Of a stretch of 64,000 nucleotides of DNA, positions 8,830-19,460 are shown one piece after another. Where the stretch lies: positions 551,280 through 615,279 of the forward strand of contig NZ_BAAAGF010000001.1 in the NCBI RefSeq assembly GCF_039524015.1. The letters run 5' to 3'. Source of the DNA: Gaetbulibacter jejuensis (GTDB taxonomy: Bacteria; Bacteroidota; Bacteroidia; Flavobacteriales; Flavobacteriaceae). Position numbers and translations under genes: made by a program. The notes under the pieces were generated by a model. That model did not search any database. It saw only the letters and a program-made list of their open reading frames with translations, and had not been told where the DNA came from. Position 1 is the first letter of the stretch; each line of letters starts with the position of its first letter.

Positions 8830-10857
8830 ATGTATCGTCTTCAATTTCTTTTATTCTTGACGTTTAGCATCATCACTAGTTATGCGCAAAACGAAAAAAT
8901 ACCATTTCAACCTTTAGATGTTTTTGAATTAGAATGGGTTAGTGATCCGCAAATTTCACCTGATGGTACACAAATTGTTTACCGAAGAAACGGATTTGAT
9001 ATTATGAAAGATAATTCTAGAGGCAACCTCTGGATTATTAATACTGACGGAACATCACATCGAAAATTAACCTCTAGAGAAGTAGGAGAGTCACAAGCAG
9101 CATGGTCGCCAAGTGGAGATCGTATAGCGTTTGTGAGTTCTACCGATGAAGGTGCCGAAATTTATATGTATTGGGTAAGTTCTGGTCAAATTGCCAAATT
9201 ATCACAATTAGAAAAATCACCAGGAAACCTAACTTGGTCACCAGATGGTTCACAAATAGCATTTACCATGTTTGTTGATGAAAAACCACCTGTTGTAGCA
9301 CAAATGCCATCAAAACCTAAAGGCGCTAAATGGGCTGAACCAGCTCGAATTACAGACAGATTAAAACACGAAGCTGATGGTAGAGGTTATATGCCAACAG
9401 GCTTTACACATATTTTTATGATTTCTGCCGAAGGCGGAACAGCACGTCAATTAACATCAGGAGATTACAGTCATGGAGGAAGTTTGTCGTTTTCACCTAA
9501 CGGAAAAGAGATTTACTTCTCTGCAAATAGAGTAGACGATTGGGAATATAGATTTAGAAATAGCGAAGTCTATAAAGTGAATGTGAATACCCAACAGATA
9601 ACCGCTTTAACTACTCAAGATGGACCAGATTATTCGCCAAAAGTATCACCTGATGGAAAAACCGTTGCGTTTTTAGGCTATTTAGACAAAGTTCAAGACC
9701 ATCAAAATACGGTTTTGCATTTAATGAATACTGATGGAAGCAATCGAAGAATTATTTCTTCTGGCTTGGATGAAAGCGTTTCAGATATTACTTGGGACAC
9801 TTCAGGAAAAGGCTTGTACTTTATGTATGATGAAAAAGGAAATACCAAAATAGGTTACATTACAACCTCAGGAAAAATTTCAAAACTTACTGATAATGTT
9901 GGAGGTACAACTTTAGGAAGACCTTATGCGTCTGGTTCGTATTCGGTGTCAAATAAAGGTGTTATTGCTTACACGCAAACACGACCAGAATATCCTGCAG
10001 AATTGGCTGTAATTCAAAATAAAAAAACACCAAAACTCATTACTGGTTTAAATGCTGATGTTTTAGCACACAGACAACTTGGTAAGGTAGAGGAAGTGTG
10101 GTACAAATCGACGTTTGATGGAAGAGATATTCAAGGATGGATTGTAAAGCCACCTTTTTATGATGCTTCTAAAAGCTATCCGTTATTGGTCGAAAATCAT
10201 GGAGGACCGATTTTAAACTATGGTGATCGTTTTACAGCTGAAATTCAATTGTACGCAGCAGATGGTTATGTGGTGTTTTATCCAAACCCTAGAGGAAGTA
10301 CAAGCTATGGTGAGGAATTCGGGAATCTATTGAAGAACAATTATCCTGGACAAGACTATAACGATGTGATGGATGGTGTGGATTATTTAGTTGAAAAAGG
10401 CATTGCAGATAACGACCAATTGTTTGTAACTGGAGGAAGTGCAGGAGGAATTATGACTGCGTGGATGATAGGAATGAACAATCGTTTTAAGGCAGCGGTT
10501 GTGGTAAAACCTGTAATGAATTGGATTAGTAAAACGTTGGTTGCTGACAACTATTTTTATTACAAAGACACACGTTATCCAGGACATCCTTGGGAAAACT
10601 TTGAAAACTATTGGAAGTTTTCACCAATTTCTTTAGTAGGAAATATTGAAACACCAACAATGGTTATGGTTGGGATGAACGATTTACGAACACCACCTAG
10701 TGAAGCCAAACAATTATATCATGCTTTAAAGTTACGTAAGATAGAAACTGTTTTGGTTGAAATTCCTGAATCGTATCACAATATTGCTGCAAAGCCTAGT
10801 AACTTGATTAGTAAAGTAGCACATACTTTGGCGTGGTTGAAGAAGTATAATAAATAG
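8830..10857 (+). CDS. Secreted S9 family serine peptidase (prolyl oligopeptidase/DPP-like; N-terminal TolB-like beta-propeller plus alpha/beta-hydrolase domain)
   Basis: Signal peptide; propeller repeats (SPDG…); catalytic GGSAGG nucleophile elbow and C-terminal Asp/His region. Confidence 0.8.
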   Translation: MYRLQFLLFLTFSIITSYAQNEKIPFQPLDVFELEWVSDPQISPDGTQIVYRRNGFDIMKDNSRGNLWIINTDGTSHRKLTSREVGESQAAWSPSGDRIAFVSSTDEGAEIYMYWVSSGQIAKLSQLEKSPGNLTWSPDGSQIAFTMFVDEKPPVVAQMPSKPKGAKWAEPARITDRLKHEADGRGYMPTGFTHIFMISAEGGTARQLTSGDYSHGGSLSFSPNGKEIYFSANRVDDWEYRFRNSEVYKVNVNTQQITALTTQDGPDYSPKVSPDGKTVAFLGYLDKVQDHQNTVLHLMNTDGSNRRIISSGLDESVSDITWDTSGKGLYFMYDEKGNTKIGYITTSGKISKLTDNVGGTTLGRPYASGSYSVSNKGVIAYTQTRPEYPAELAVIQNKKTPKLITGLNADVLAHRQLGKVEEVWYKSTFDGRDIQGWIVKPPFYDASKSYPLLVENHGGPILNYGDRFTAEIQLYAADGYVVFYPNPRGSTSYGEEFGNLLKNNYPGQDYNDVMDGVDYLVEKGIADNDQLFVTGGSAGGIMTAWMIGMNNRFKAAVVVKPVMNWISKTLVADNYFYYKDTRYPGHPWENFENYWKFSPISLVGNIETPTMVMVGMNDLRTPPSEAKQLYHALKLRKIETVLVEIPESYHNIAAKPSNLISKVAHTLAWLKKYNK

Positions 10858-10891
10858 TTAGTTGGCAATAATTGAAAAACACTAAGAAGAA

Positions 10892-11425
10892 ATGAAAACT
10901 TCAATAGTACTAATATTTTTGTTTTTATTTTCTTGTCAAACTAAAAAAGGACAGAAAGAAAACACAGATATTTCAAATTTTAAGCAAACTGACAAATCCA
11001 TAAATAAAAATGAGCATTTATTTACTCTTAATGAGATAAATAGTGAAAATTTGGTTAAAATTATTCCTCCTAAAAATTCTGACTTTGAATTGCCAGATAG
11101 CACTGCTAAAACTGAACCTTATAAGAACGAAGATTTTAATGCTGATGGAAAAAACGATATTATGGTTTATTTAGGAGCTTGCGGAACTGGAGGTTGTATC
11201 TATGGTATCTTTTTAAATCAAAATCAGAACTATTATAAATTGGTCTTTATGGATTATCTTAAAGGTGCTGAATTTGAAGTGGAAAATAATGGTTTTATAA
11301 GTGTTAAATCCTATGAGGAAATAGAGCCATATAACCCATCAAAACTATCTGTTACAAAGTTTAAATTCAATGAAACAAAATATAAATACGAATTAGATAC
11401 AACTTATGTGTATTTAGATAGGTAA
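10892..11425 (+). CDS. Hypothetical lipoprotein
   Basis: Lipobox-like N-terminus (LFLFSCQTKK); no recognisable domain. Confidence 0.4.
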   Translation: MKTSIVLIFLFLFSCQTKKGQKENTDISNFKQTDKSINKNEHLFTLNEINSENLVKIIPPKNSDFELPDSTAKTEPYKNEDFNADGKNDIMVYLGACGTGGCIYGIFLNQNQNYYKLVFMDYLKGAEFEVENNGFISVKSYEEIEPYNPSKLSVTKFKFNETKYKYELDTTYVYLDR

Positions 11426-11619
11426 TAAACCAAAAACGAAGAGCACTTATCAACTTGCTCTAAGTTTCTTATACTGACCGTTAACTGCAGCCACAATTGC
11501 TGTTGCCACAAGATTTAGTTGTCGCTTTTTTTGGCTTCCAAATAAATTTTTTGACCAAAAATAATATAGCGATTCCTAATGTAACAAAAACCAATATGTT
11601 TTGAATAGTATCGTTCATC

Positions 11620-13722
11620 TTATTTTAAAAATTGAAATGCCAATAAAGCAACAATATACGCAAAAGCACTCATAGTTATAAGTTGTAGCATTGGCCATTT
11701 CCAAGAATTAGTTTCTCGTTTTACTATAGCTAATGTACTCATACATTGCATTGCAAAGGCATAAAACAACAATAAAGAAATCCCTGAAGCTAGCGTGAAT
11801 ACTTTTGTGCCATCGTTGTGTGTTTCGGCAGCCATTTTGTTTTTTATGGTGTCTTCATCTTCGTTATCATTGGCGCTACCAACACTGTAAATCGTGGCAA
11901 GTGTTCCCACAAAAACTTCGCGAGCTGCAAAAGAAGTGACTAACCCAATACCAATTTTCCAATCGTAACCTAATGGTTTAATTACAGGTTCAATGGTTTT
12001 ACCAACAATACCTATATAGCTATACTCTAGTTTATGAGCAGCAATTTTATCATTCAATTCGTCTTCAGAAAGTTGAGGGCTTTCAGTTTTTACTATGTTT
12101 TCAGCGTCGTTAAATCGTTCTCCAGGACCATACGAAGCTAAAAACCACAATACAATAGAAATGGCTAAAATGATTTTACCTGCTTCGAATACAAAGGTTT
12201 TGGTTTTTTCCAAAACGGTCAACCCTACATTTTTCAACAAAGGAAATTTATAACTAGGCATTTCAACCACAAAGTAGGATTTGCTCTTTATTTTCAGCAC
12301 TTTGTTTAATATATAAGCCGAAAATATAGCAGTTAAAAAACCAATAATATATAAAGACATTAGGGTTAATGCTTGGTAGCTTAAACCTAAGAAACGTCCG
12401 TCTGGAATAACCAAAGCAATAATGATAACATACACTGGCAATCGTGCAGAACACGTTGTAAAAGGTGTAACCAATATGGTAATTAGACGTTCTTTCCAGC
12501 TTTCAATATTTCTTGCAGCCATAACAGCAGGAATAGCACAAGCGTTTCCTGAAATTAAAGGCACTACGCTTTTTCCGCTTAGTCCAAAACGACGCATTAC
12601 ACGATCCATTAAAAATACAACGCGACTCATGTAACCGCTTTCTTCTAGTAGAGCAATAAAGAAAAAGAGGAATGCAATAGGTGGAATAAATACCATAATA
12701 CCACCTATTCCTGCAATAATACCTTCGGCTAATAAATTTGTGAATACGCCTTCAGGTAAGGTGTTTTTTACCCAATCGGCTAAAGTAGCAAACCCTTCAT
12801 CAATCAAATCGGTTGGGTAAGCTGCCCAATTATAAACCGCTTGGAACATTAATAGTAAAATGGCAAAGAAAATTACATAACCCCAAACTTTGTGCGTTAA
12901 AATCCTGTCTAGTTTAATACGAAGGTCCTTAGCGTTTTTAAGGTCTATGGTTTGTCCTTTTTTAAGCACATTGTTTATAAACTGATAGCGCTTAATGGTT
13001 TCCTTTTGCTGAAGTCGTTTTAAATCGGCTTTACTTTTGGTTTTAAAATCTTCTAAACTATCAAACTCTTGTCTTTCAACAGTGCCAAAATTAACATCTT
13101 GTGTAATGACTAACCAAAGTTTGTATAGTAGCTGATCTGGAAATGCATTTTGAAGGTTTTCAAAATAGGCTTTGTCAATTTCAGAAGCGTTTAAACATCC
13201 CTTTGTAGATAGTTTTTTATAATCTGAAATGAGCGTTTTAAGCTCAGAAATACCAGTATTTTTTCTGGTACTCACTAGTGCTATTTTTGTGTTAAGCTCT
13301 TTTTCTAAATACTCAATATCTAAAGAAATACCTTTATAATCCATTCTGTCAGACATGTTAATTACCAAAATAGTTGGTATTTCTAAGTCTTTAATTTGGG
13401 TAAATAATAAAAGGTTACGCTTTAAATTTTCAACATCGCTAACAACAACAGCTACATCAGGAAAATCTTTATCGTTTTTGTTTAAAAGTAGCTCAATAAC
13501 TACATTTTCATCTAGTGAAGAGGCGTTTAAGCTATAAGTTCCAGGAAGGTCAATAATATGGGCTTTTACACCACGAGGCAGTTTGCAAACACCTTCTTTT
13601 TTATCGACAGTAATTCCTGGATAATTACCAACTTTTTGGTTGAGTCCTGTTAAGGCATTAAAAACTGATGTTTTTCCTGTATTGGGATTACCAATAAGCG
13701 CTACGTTAATTTGCTTACTCAT
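11620..13722 (-). CDS. feoB: Ferrous iron transporter FeoB
   Basis: N-terminal GTPase (GNPNTGKTSVFNALTG), two gate-motif membrane domains, 700 aa. Confidence 0.9.
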   Translation of the reverse strand: MSKQINVALIGNPNTGKTSVFNALTGLNQKVGNYPGITVDKKEGVCKLPRGVKAHIIDLPGTYSLNASSLDENVVIELLLNKNDKDFPDVAVVVSDVENLKRNLLLFTQIKDLEIPTILVINMSDRMDYKGISLDIEYLEKELNTKIALVSTRKNTGISELKTLISDYKKLSTKGCLNASEIDKAYFENLQNAFPDQLLYKLWLVITQDVNFGTVERQEFDSLEDFKTKSKADLKRLQQKETIKRYQFINNVLKKGQTIDLKNAKDLRIKLDRILTHKVWGYVIFFAILLLMFQAVYNWAAYPTDLIDEGFATLADWVKNTLPEGVFTNLLAEGIIAGIGGIMVFIPPIAFLFFFIALLEESGYMSRVVFLMDRVMRRFGLSGKSVVPLISGNACAIPAVMAARNIESWKERLITILVTPFTTCSARLPVYVIIIALVIPDGRFLGLSYQALTLMSLYIIGFLTAIFSAYILNKVLKIKSKSYFVVEMPSYKFPLLKNVGLTVLEKTKTFVFEAGKIILAISIVLWFLASYGPGERFNDAENIVKTESPQLSEDELNDKIAAHKLEYSYIGIVGKTIEPVIKPLGYDWKIGIGLVTSFAAREVFVGTLATIYSVGSANDNEDEDTIKNKMAAETHNDGTKVFTLASGISLLLFYAFAMQCMSTLAIVKRETNSWKWPMLQLITMSAFAYIVALLAFQFLK

Positions 13723-13949
13723 ATAACAATATCAATTAAAATATGAACAGCAGTTTCTTTTCTAATAGCTAAATGCGATCCATTAATATTCAAATACATT
13801 GGGTCCGAAAAAGGCGCTACATGTAACAGCTCTACACTATTACCAGGTAAACAACCCATCTCCAATAATTTTAAAGGAATATGAACAGATGAAACATCTT
13901 TTATAATTCCTTTTTGACCACGTTTTAAATGTGCTATAGTGTGTTGCAA
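13719..13949 (-). CDS. feoA: FeoA (SH3-like ferrous iron transport protein A); TTG start
   Basis: 76-aa FeoA-like sequence, overlaps the feoB start by 4 nt; the first codon on the minus strand is TTG. Confidence 0.7.
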   Translation of the reverse strand: MQHTIAHLKRGQKGIIKDVSSVHIPLKLLEMGCLPGNSVELLHVAPFSDPMYLNINGSHLAIRKETAVHILIDIVI

Positions 13950-14021
13950 GCTTATTTAGATTGATTTTAAAGAAGCAAAAATAAGAGAAATATTCAGGGT
14001 AAAAAAATGCTTAACAAAAAT

Positions 14022-14693
14022 CTAAGGTTTTTCCTGCTTTAATGTTTCAATGTCTTCTAATAATTGTGTAATATCTTCAGGTTTTGTACCATCATAAAAA
14101 CCTCTTATTTGGCGTTTTTTGTCAATAAGCATAAAGTTTTCGGTATGAATCATATCATACTCATCACCACTTCCAACGGTTTTAACTGCTAAGTAACTTT
14201 TTCTAGCAAGCTCGTAAATTTGCTTTTTGTCACCTGTTACCAAGTTCCATTTTTTGTCATTAACGCCTTTTTGTTTTGCATAGCGTTTTAACTGCGCAAC
14301 AGAATCAATTTTTGGAGTAACCGAATGCGATAATAGCATTACTTCATCATCATCAATTATTTCCTTTTGTATTTTATACATATGGTCTGTCATTATTGGG
14401 CAAATGGTTTGACAGGTTGTAAAAAAGAAATCCGCCACATAAATTTTATCCTTGTAATCGTTTTGGGTTATGGTTTGTCCGTTTTGATTTGTTAAGGAAA
14501 AGTCTGCAATTTTATGATACTTTTTTTGGTGCTGAATAGTGCTGTCAACCATTTCATAATTCACCATTGCAGGTTGATAAATAGGAAGTACTTTTTTAGG
14601 TTTTAAAATAGAATAGAATATTGAAATTATAATTGCCGAAACGATTAATAAAACAATTCCGAAAAATTTGTATTCTTTAAAAAAAGACAGCAT
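14022..14693 (-). CDS. SCO1/SenC family thiol-disulfide oxidoreductase (copper chaperone for cytochrome oxidase)
   Basis: CxxxCP motif (TTCQTICP) and SCO1 fold length; the likely start is the internal Met (MLSFFKEYK…) after an N-terminal TM segment; the ORF track start is 14774. Confidence 0.7.
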   Translation of the reverse strand: MLSFFKEYKFFGIVLLIVSAIIISIFYSILKPKKVLPIYQPAMVNYEMVDSTIQHQKKYHKIADFSLTNQNGQTITQNDYKDKIYVADFFFTTCQTICPIMTDHMYKIQKEIIDDDEVMLLSHSVTPKIDSVAQLKRYAKQKGVNDKKWNLVTGDKKQIYELARKSYLAVKTVGSGDEYDMIHTENFMLIDKKRQIRGFYDGTKPEDITQLLEDIETLKQEKP

Positions 14694-14788
14694 TTTGCTT
14701 GATTTTGAGGTGAAAACGTAAGATTTGAATACAAAAATACGACACAATACCCATAAAAGTGGTATTTTTAACATGATAAATTAAAGCT

Positions 14789-16726
14789 ATGAGAACATTT
14801 TTACCTTACCTGTTTTTTGTCCTTTCAATTACTGCTTTTGGGCAAGATTTTAATGAAACTTTGAACACTATTAGAGAAGCTGAAGCCAAAGCAGCGCTCA
14901 ACCAAATGTTCTACAGAGCAAATCTCAATACAGGTAATTATGATTTAAAATATCATAGATTAGAATTAAATGTTGACCCTTCGGTGTCATTTATTTCAGG
15001 AGATGTCACCACTTATTTTGAAGCTAAAGAAGCGTTAACCGAAATTACTTTTGACCTTGCTGATAACATGACCGTTTCGCAAGTGTTACATAATGGTAAT
15101 ACATTATCGTATACACAAAACTCTGATGATGAACTCATAATTACACTTCCTGCTGTACAAAATGCAGGTGTGCTAGATTCTTTGACTATAAGTTACTCTG
15201 GTAATCCCATAAGTTCTGGGTTTGGTTCTTTTGAACAAACAACTCATAATGGAGACCCAATAATATGGACATTATCCGAGCCTTATGGAGCTAAAGGTTG
15301 GTGGCCTTGTAAACAAGATTTAATTGATAAGATAGACTCTGTTGATGTGTATTTAACAACGCCTCAATTTAATCCTTCAAACGAAGCATATGTTGCTGTG
15401 TCAAACGGTTTGGAAATAAGTCAAACCACAAACGGAAGCGATAAAACCACACTATATAAGCATCGTCACCCAATTCCTGCATATCTAATAGCAATTGCGG
15501 TTACTAATTATGAAGTGTATTCGCATACAGTATCTAACAATGGTAACCCATTTGATATTGTCAATTATGTGTTTCCTGAAAACTTAGCAAGCGCTCAAGC
15601 TAGTACTCCAGTTACTGTTGATATAATGAATATTTTTTCTGATTTATTTGAAGAATATCCTTTTGCTGACGAAAAATACGGTCATGCTCAGTTTGGTTGG
15701 GGAGGTGGAATGGAACATACAACGGTTTCATTTATGGGAAATTTTAGCAGAAATCTTATTGCACACGAGCTAGCACACCAATGGTTTGGAAATAAAATAA
15801 CTTGTGGTAGCTGGAAAGATATTTGGCTTAATGAAGGTTTTGCGACTTACTTATCAGGAATTATAATTGATGAGTTAGACGGTAATGATGCTTTTAGAAC
15901 TTGGAAACAGCAACGCACAAATTCCATTACATCAGCACCTGATGGAGCTGTGTATTTATCAGATACCGACACGTTAACTGTTGGTAGGATTTTTAGTGGT
16001 AGATTAAGTTATAATAAAGGCGCAATGGTATTGCACATGCTACGAAAAAAACTTGGAGATACTGAGTTTTTTGGAGGACTTCAAACTTATTTAGTAGATG
16101 AAGACCATGCTTATGACTATGCAAAAACAGCAGATTTTATTAATATTATCGAAACCACCAGTGGGCAAGACCTAACAGAGTTTTTTAGCGACTGGTTATA
16201 TAACGAAGGATACCCTAGTTACACCATAAACTGTACGCAACAGTCAACTACAGAAATAGATATTGAAATTAGCCAAACCCAAAGTCATGCATCAGTATCG
16301 TTTTTTGAAGCTCCAGTACCTATTCGATTAATTGGGACTGAAGGTGAGACGCTTGATTTAGTACTAGATAACACAATAAACAATCAAGTCTTCAATGAGA
16401 GCGTTAATTTTATTGTAGATACTGTTATTTTTGATCCTGAAGCCGATTTAATTTCAAGAAACAATACAGTGTCATTGAGCATTAACGAAGAAGCTTTTAA
16501 TAATAAACTACTTATTTATCCGAGTCCAGTTTCTGAAACGTTAAACATAAAAAAACCTGACTTTTTACAAGTAGAAGAAGTAAGGGTTTATAATGCCTTG
16601 GGTCAACTATTGTACAATAGCGAATGGACTTCCATAATTGACACAACTCCTTTTTCAACAGGATTACTTTTTGTTCAACTTCAAACCAACGAAGGAATAA
16701 TTAATAAATCTGTGTTAAAAAACTAA
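14789..16726 (+). CDS. M1 family zinc aminopeptidase with T9SS C-terminal sorting domain
   Basis: HELAHQWFGN…E gluzincin motif, GAMEN-like GGMEH, signal peptide, C-terminal Por/T9SS type-A CTD (…LLIYPSPVSETLNIK…VYNALGQLL…). Confidence 0.85.
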   Translation: MRTFLPYLFFVLSITAFGQDFNETLNTIREAEAKAALNQMFYRANLNTGNYDLKYHRLELNVDPSVSFISGDVTTYFEAKEALTEITFDLADNMTVSQVLHNGNTLSYTQNSDDELIITLPAVQNAGVLDSLTISYSGNPISSGFGSFEQTTHNGDPIIWTLSEPYGAKGWWPCKQDLIDKIDSVDVYLTTPQFNPSNEAYVAVSNGLEISQTTNGSDKTTLYKHRHPIPAYLIAIAVTNYEVYSHTVSNNGNPFDIVNYVFPENLASAQASTPVTVDIMNIFSDLFEEYPFADEKYGHAQFGWGGGMEHTTVSFMGNFSRNLIAHELAHQWFGNKITCGSWKDIWLNEGFATYLSGIIIDELDGNDAFRTWKQQRTNSITSAPDGAVYLSDTDTLTVGRIFSGRLSYNKGAMVLHMLRKKLGDTEFFGGLQTYLVDEDHAYDYAKTADFINIIETTSGQDLTEFFSDWLYNEGYPSYTINCTQQSTTEIDIEISQTQSHASVSFFEAPVPIRLIGTEGETLDLVLDNTINNQVFNESVNFIVDTVIFDPEADLISRNNTVSLSINEEAFNNKLLIYPSPVSETLNIKKPDFLQVEEVRVYNALGQLLYNSEWTSIIDTTPFSTGLLFVQLQTNEGIINKSVLKN

Positions 16727-16798
16727 TGAATAGTTTACATAATGTTTTCAAAATGCGGTTAAAAAGTTATTTTTGTGGCTTAATTTTTTAAGAGATAC

Positions 16799-18142
16799 AT
16801 GGAGTTTGTAATTAAAATATCTCAATTTTTATTGAGTCTTTCACTTCTAATCGTGCTTCACGAATTAGGACACTTTATACCAGCAAAAGCATTTAAAACC
16901 AGAGTAGAAAAATTCTACTTATTCTTTGATGTAAAATACTCGTTATTTAAAAAGAAAATAGGAGAGACTGTTTATGGTATTGGTTGGTTGCCACTAGGAG
17001 GTTATGTTAAAATCTCAGGAATGATTGATGAGAGCATGGACAAGGAGCAAATGGCACAACCACCACAACCTTGGGAGTTTAGATCTAAACCTTCATGGCA
17101 ACGTTTAATTATTATGCTTGGTGGTGTAACGGTTAACTTTATTTTGGCTTACGTTATTTATGTATTTATTTCATTAGCTTATGGTGATATTGATATTACA
17201 TCAAGTAGTGTGAAGGATGGTTACATGGTGACTAACCCAATATTAAAAGACTTAGGAATAAAAACAGGGGATAAGGTTATAGCTATCAATGACGAAGAGA
17301 TTGAAACTGTATCACAAATAAGAAGAAAAATTATTTCTGCTGAAAAACTTACAATTTTAAGTGGTAACGAGACTAAAGAAGTTGTGCTTCCTGAAGATTT
17401 TTTAGGTCAATTCAGTTCTAGTGAAAGCAAGAGTTTTTTCTCGTTACGCTATCCTTTTATCTTAGAAAAAATTCCTGATACATCTGTAAACGCTTCTGCA
17501 GGTTTACAACCTAAAGATGTTATTGTTTCTTTAAACGGAAAATCTTTAAAGTATTATGACCAGTATGATGCAATAATGGATTCTTTAACTGCAACACACA
17601 AGACAATTGATGTTGGTATTTTAAGAGATGGTCAACAATTAACAAAGACGCTTAAGGTTGAAGACGGTAAATTTGAAATTAAAGCAGGAGGGGATCTTAA
17701 TGACTTAGAACGCTTAGGCTATTATGATATCGTTAAGACCGATTACACTTTTGGTGAAAGTTTTGGAGCAGGACTATTAAAGTTTAAAGACCAAGTTGCT
17801 AGTTATGGCGAACAGCTTAAAAAAATATTCAATCCAAAAACAGGAGCATATAAAGGTGTAGGAGGTTTTAAGGCTATTTACGACGTGTTCCCAGACACTT
17901 GGAGCTGGCAAGATTTTTGGGCGCTTACAGCGTTTCTATCAATTATGTTGGGTGTATTAAATTTATTGCCAATACCAGCTTTAGATGGAGGTCATGTAAT
18001 GTTTTTACTCTATGAAATGATATCAGGAAGAAAACCAAGTGAAAAGTTTTTAGAGCGTGCTCAAATGGTTGGTTTCTTCATTCTTATTGCTTTAGTATTA
18101 TTTGCTAACGGTAATGATATCTTTAAAGCATTATTTAAATAG
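16799..18142 (+). CDS. rseP: RIP metalloprotease RseP (site-2 protease, M50 family with PDZ domains)
   Basis: HELGHF zinc motif in the first TM segment, internal PDZ-like region, C-terminal LDGG motif. Confidence 0.85.
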   Translation: MEFVIKISQFLLSLSLLIVLHELGHFIPAKAFKTRVEKFYLFFDVKYSLFKKKIGETVYGIGWLPLGGYVKISGMIDESMDKEQMAQPPQPWEFRSKPSWQRLIIMLGGVTVNFILAYVIYVFISLAYGDIDITSSSVKDGYMVTNPILKDLGIKTGDKVIAINDEEIETVSQIRRKIISAEKLTILSGNETKEVVLPEDFLGQFSSSESKSFFSLRYPFILEKIPDTSVNASAGLQPKDVIVSLNGKSLKYYDQYDAIMDSLTATHKTIDVGILRDGQQLTKTLKVEDGKFEIKAGGDLNDLERLGYYDIVKTDYTFGESFGAGLLKFKDQVASYGEQLKKIFNPKTGAYKGVGGFKAIYDVFPDTWSWQDFWALTAFLSIMLGVLNLLPIPALDGGHVMFLLYEMISGRKPSEKFLERAQMVGFFILIALVLFANGNDIFKALFK

Positions 18143-18160
18143 AAATATTTTTCAAATAAA

Positions 18161-18191
18161 TTTGTTGAAATTAAAAAATAACATATATTTG
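18161..18191 (+). promoter_or_regulatory. Bacteroidetes sigma-A type promoter for tRNA-Asn (TTTG -33 element, 19-nt spacer, TATATTTG -7 element)
   Basis: Exact match to the TAnnTTTG -7 consensus, with TTTG 19 nt upstream; predicted TSS about 20 nt before the tRNA. Confidence 0.5.
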
Positions 18192-18216
18192 CGCTCGCAA
18201 AAGCGAAAAGAAACAC

Positions 18217-18290
18217 TCCTCCTTAGCTCAGTTGGTTAGAGCATCTGACTGTTAATCAGAGGGTCCTTGGTTCGAGCCCAAGAGGAGGAG
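18217..18290 (+). tRNA. tRNA-Asn (anticodon GTT)
   Basis: Hand-folded cloverleaf: 7-bp acceptor tcctcct/aggagga, D-arm gctc-agttggttag-gagc, anticodon arm tctga-ctGTTaa-tcaga, T-arm cttgg-ttcgagc-ccaag; CCA not encoded. Confidence 0.9.
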
Positions 18291-18292
18291 CA

Positions 18293-18326
18293 AAAAAAAT
18301 CCCATCGATTTCGATGGGATTTTTTA
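18293..18326. terminator. Bidirectional intrinsic terminator (perfect 10-bp palindrome atcccatcga/tcgatgggat) serving tRNA-Asn (+) and the minus-strand dehydrogenase gene
   Basis: A-run, perfect hairpin, T-run. Confidence 0.7.
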
Positions 18327-18347
18327 TTTAATACTATTTCTTAATAA

Positions 18348-19307
18348 TTATTTTTCAGAACTCTGATACTTCTTTTGTAGTTGGGTGATCATTTCAGAAG
18401 TCATTTTTTCCATATCAAAGGTATGGTTCCAATTCCAGTCTTTTCTAGCTTCAGAGTCATCAATAGATTTTGGCCAACTATCAGCAATTTGTTGTCTAAA
18501 GTCTGGGTTATATGATATTTCAAAATCAGGAATATGTTTTTTAATTGCGCTATAAATGTCTTTAGGAGTAAAGCTGATAGCTGCTAAATTATATGAAGAA
18601 CGAATACTGATGTTTTCAGCAGGTGCTTGCATTAATTTTACCGTAGCCTCAATAGCATCGTCCATAAACATCATTGGAAGCTCTGTGTTTTCAGATAAAA
18701 AACACTCGTAATTTTTGTCAGTAATTGCTTTATGGTAAATTTCAACGGCATAATCAGTTGTTCCACCACCAGGTAATGTTTTCCAACTAATAATTCCAGG
18801 GTATCTTATGCTTCTAACATCAACACCATATTTGCTATTATAATATTCGCACCAACGCTCACCAACTTGTTTTGTAATACCATAAACTGTTGTTGGTTCC
18901 ATTACTGTGTATTGAGGTGTGTTGTCCTTAGGTGTTGTTGGTCCAAAGACTGCAATACTAGAAGGCCAAAATACACTTTTAATAAAACCTTCTTTAGCAA
19001 GATTTAATACATGAAACAGTGAGTTCATGTTTAAATCCCAAGCTTTCATAGGATATTTTTCTCCAGTAGCACTCAACATAGCAGCCATAAGATATATGGT
19101 GTCTATTTGATGTTTTTCAACACAAATTTTAACTGAAGCATAATCTTGGGCATCGACAATTTCAAAAACACCAGAGTTGACAACATCTAAATTGTTGTAA
19201 TTAATATCGCTAGCAATAACATTATTTTTTCCATGGGTTTCTCTTAGTTTTGAAGTTAACTCAGAACCAATTTGTCCACATGCACCAATTACTAAAATCT
19301 TTGGCAT
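18348..19307 (-). CDS. NAD-dependent epimerase/dehydratase family protein (extended SDR; resembles UDP-glucose-4-epimerase-like L-threonine 3-dehydrogenases of Flavobacteria)
   Basis: N-terminal Rossmann motif VIGACGQIGSEL, YxxxK catalytic region, about 319 aa. Confidence 0.6.
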   Translation of the reverse strand: MPKILVIGACGQIGSELTSKLRETHGKNNVIASDINYNNLDVVNSGVFEIVDAQDYASVKICVEKHQIDTIYLMAAMLSATGEKYPMKAWDLNMNSLFHVLNLAKEGFIKSVFWPSSIAVFGPTTPKDNTPQYTVMEPTTVYGITKQVGERWCEYYNSKYGVDVRSIRYPGIISWKTLPGGGTTDYAVEIYHKAITDKNYECFLSENTELPMMFMDDAIEATVKLMQAPAENISIRSSYNLAAISFTPKDIYSAIKKHIPDFEISYNPDFRQQIADSWPKSIDDSEARKDWNWNHTFDMEKMTSEMITQLQKKYQSSEK

Positions 19308-19460
19308 TTTTTTGAAATTATTTGTTCGTTCAAAAATAATAAGAATAAAGAGTACCTAAAACTTAAAACAAAAAATTATTCTCTAATTTTATACTAATGT
19401 TTAAACCATCAAGTTTAGTTATATTTACACCTTGTTGCATTAAAACCTATAAGAAATACT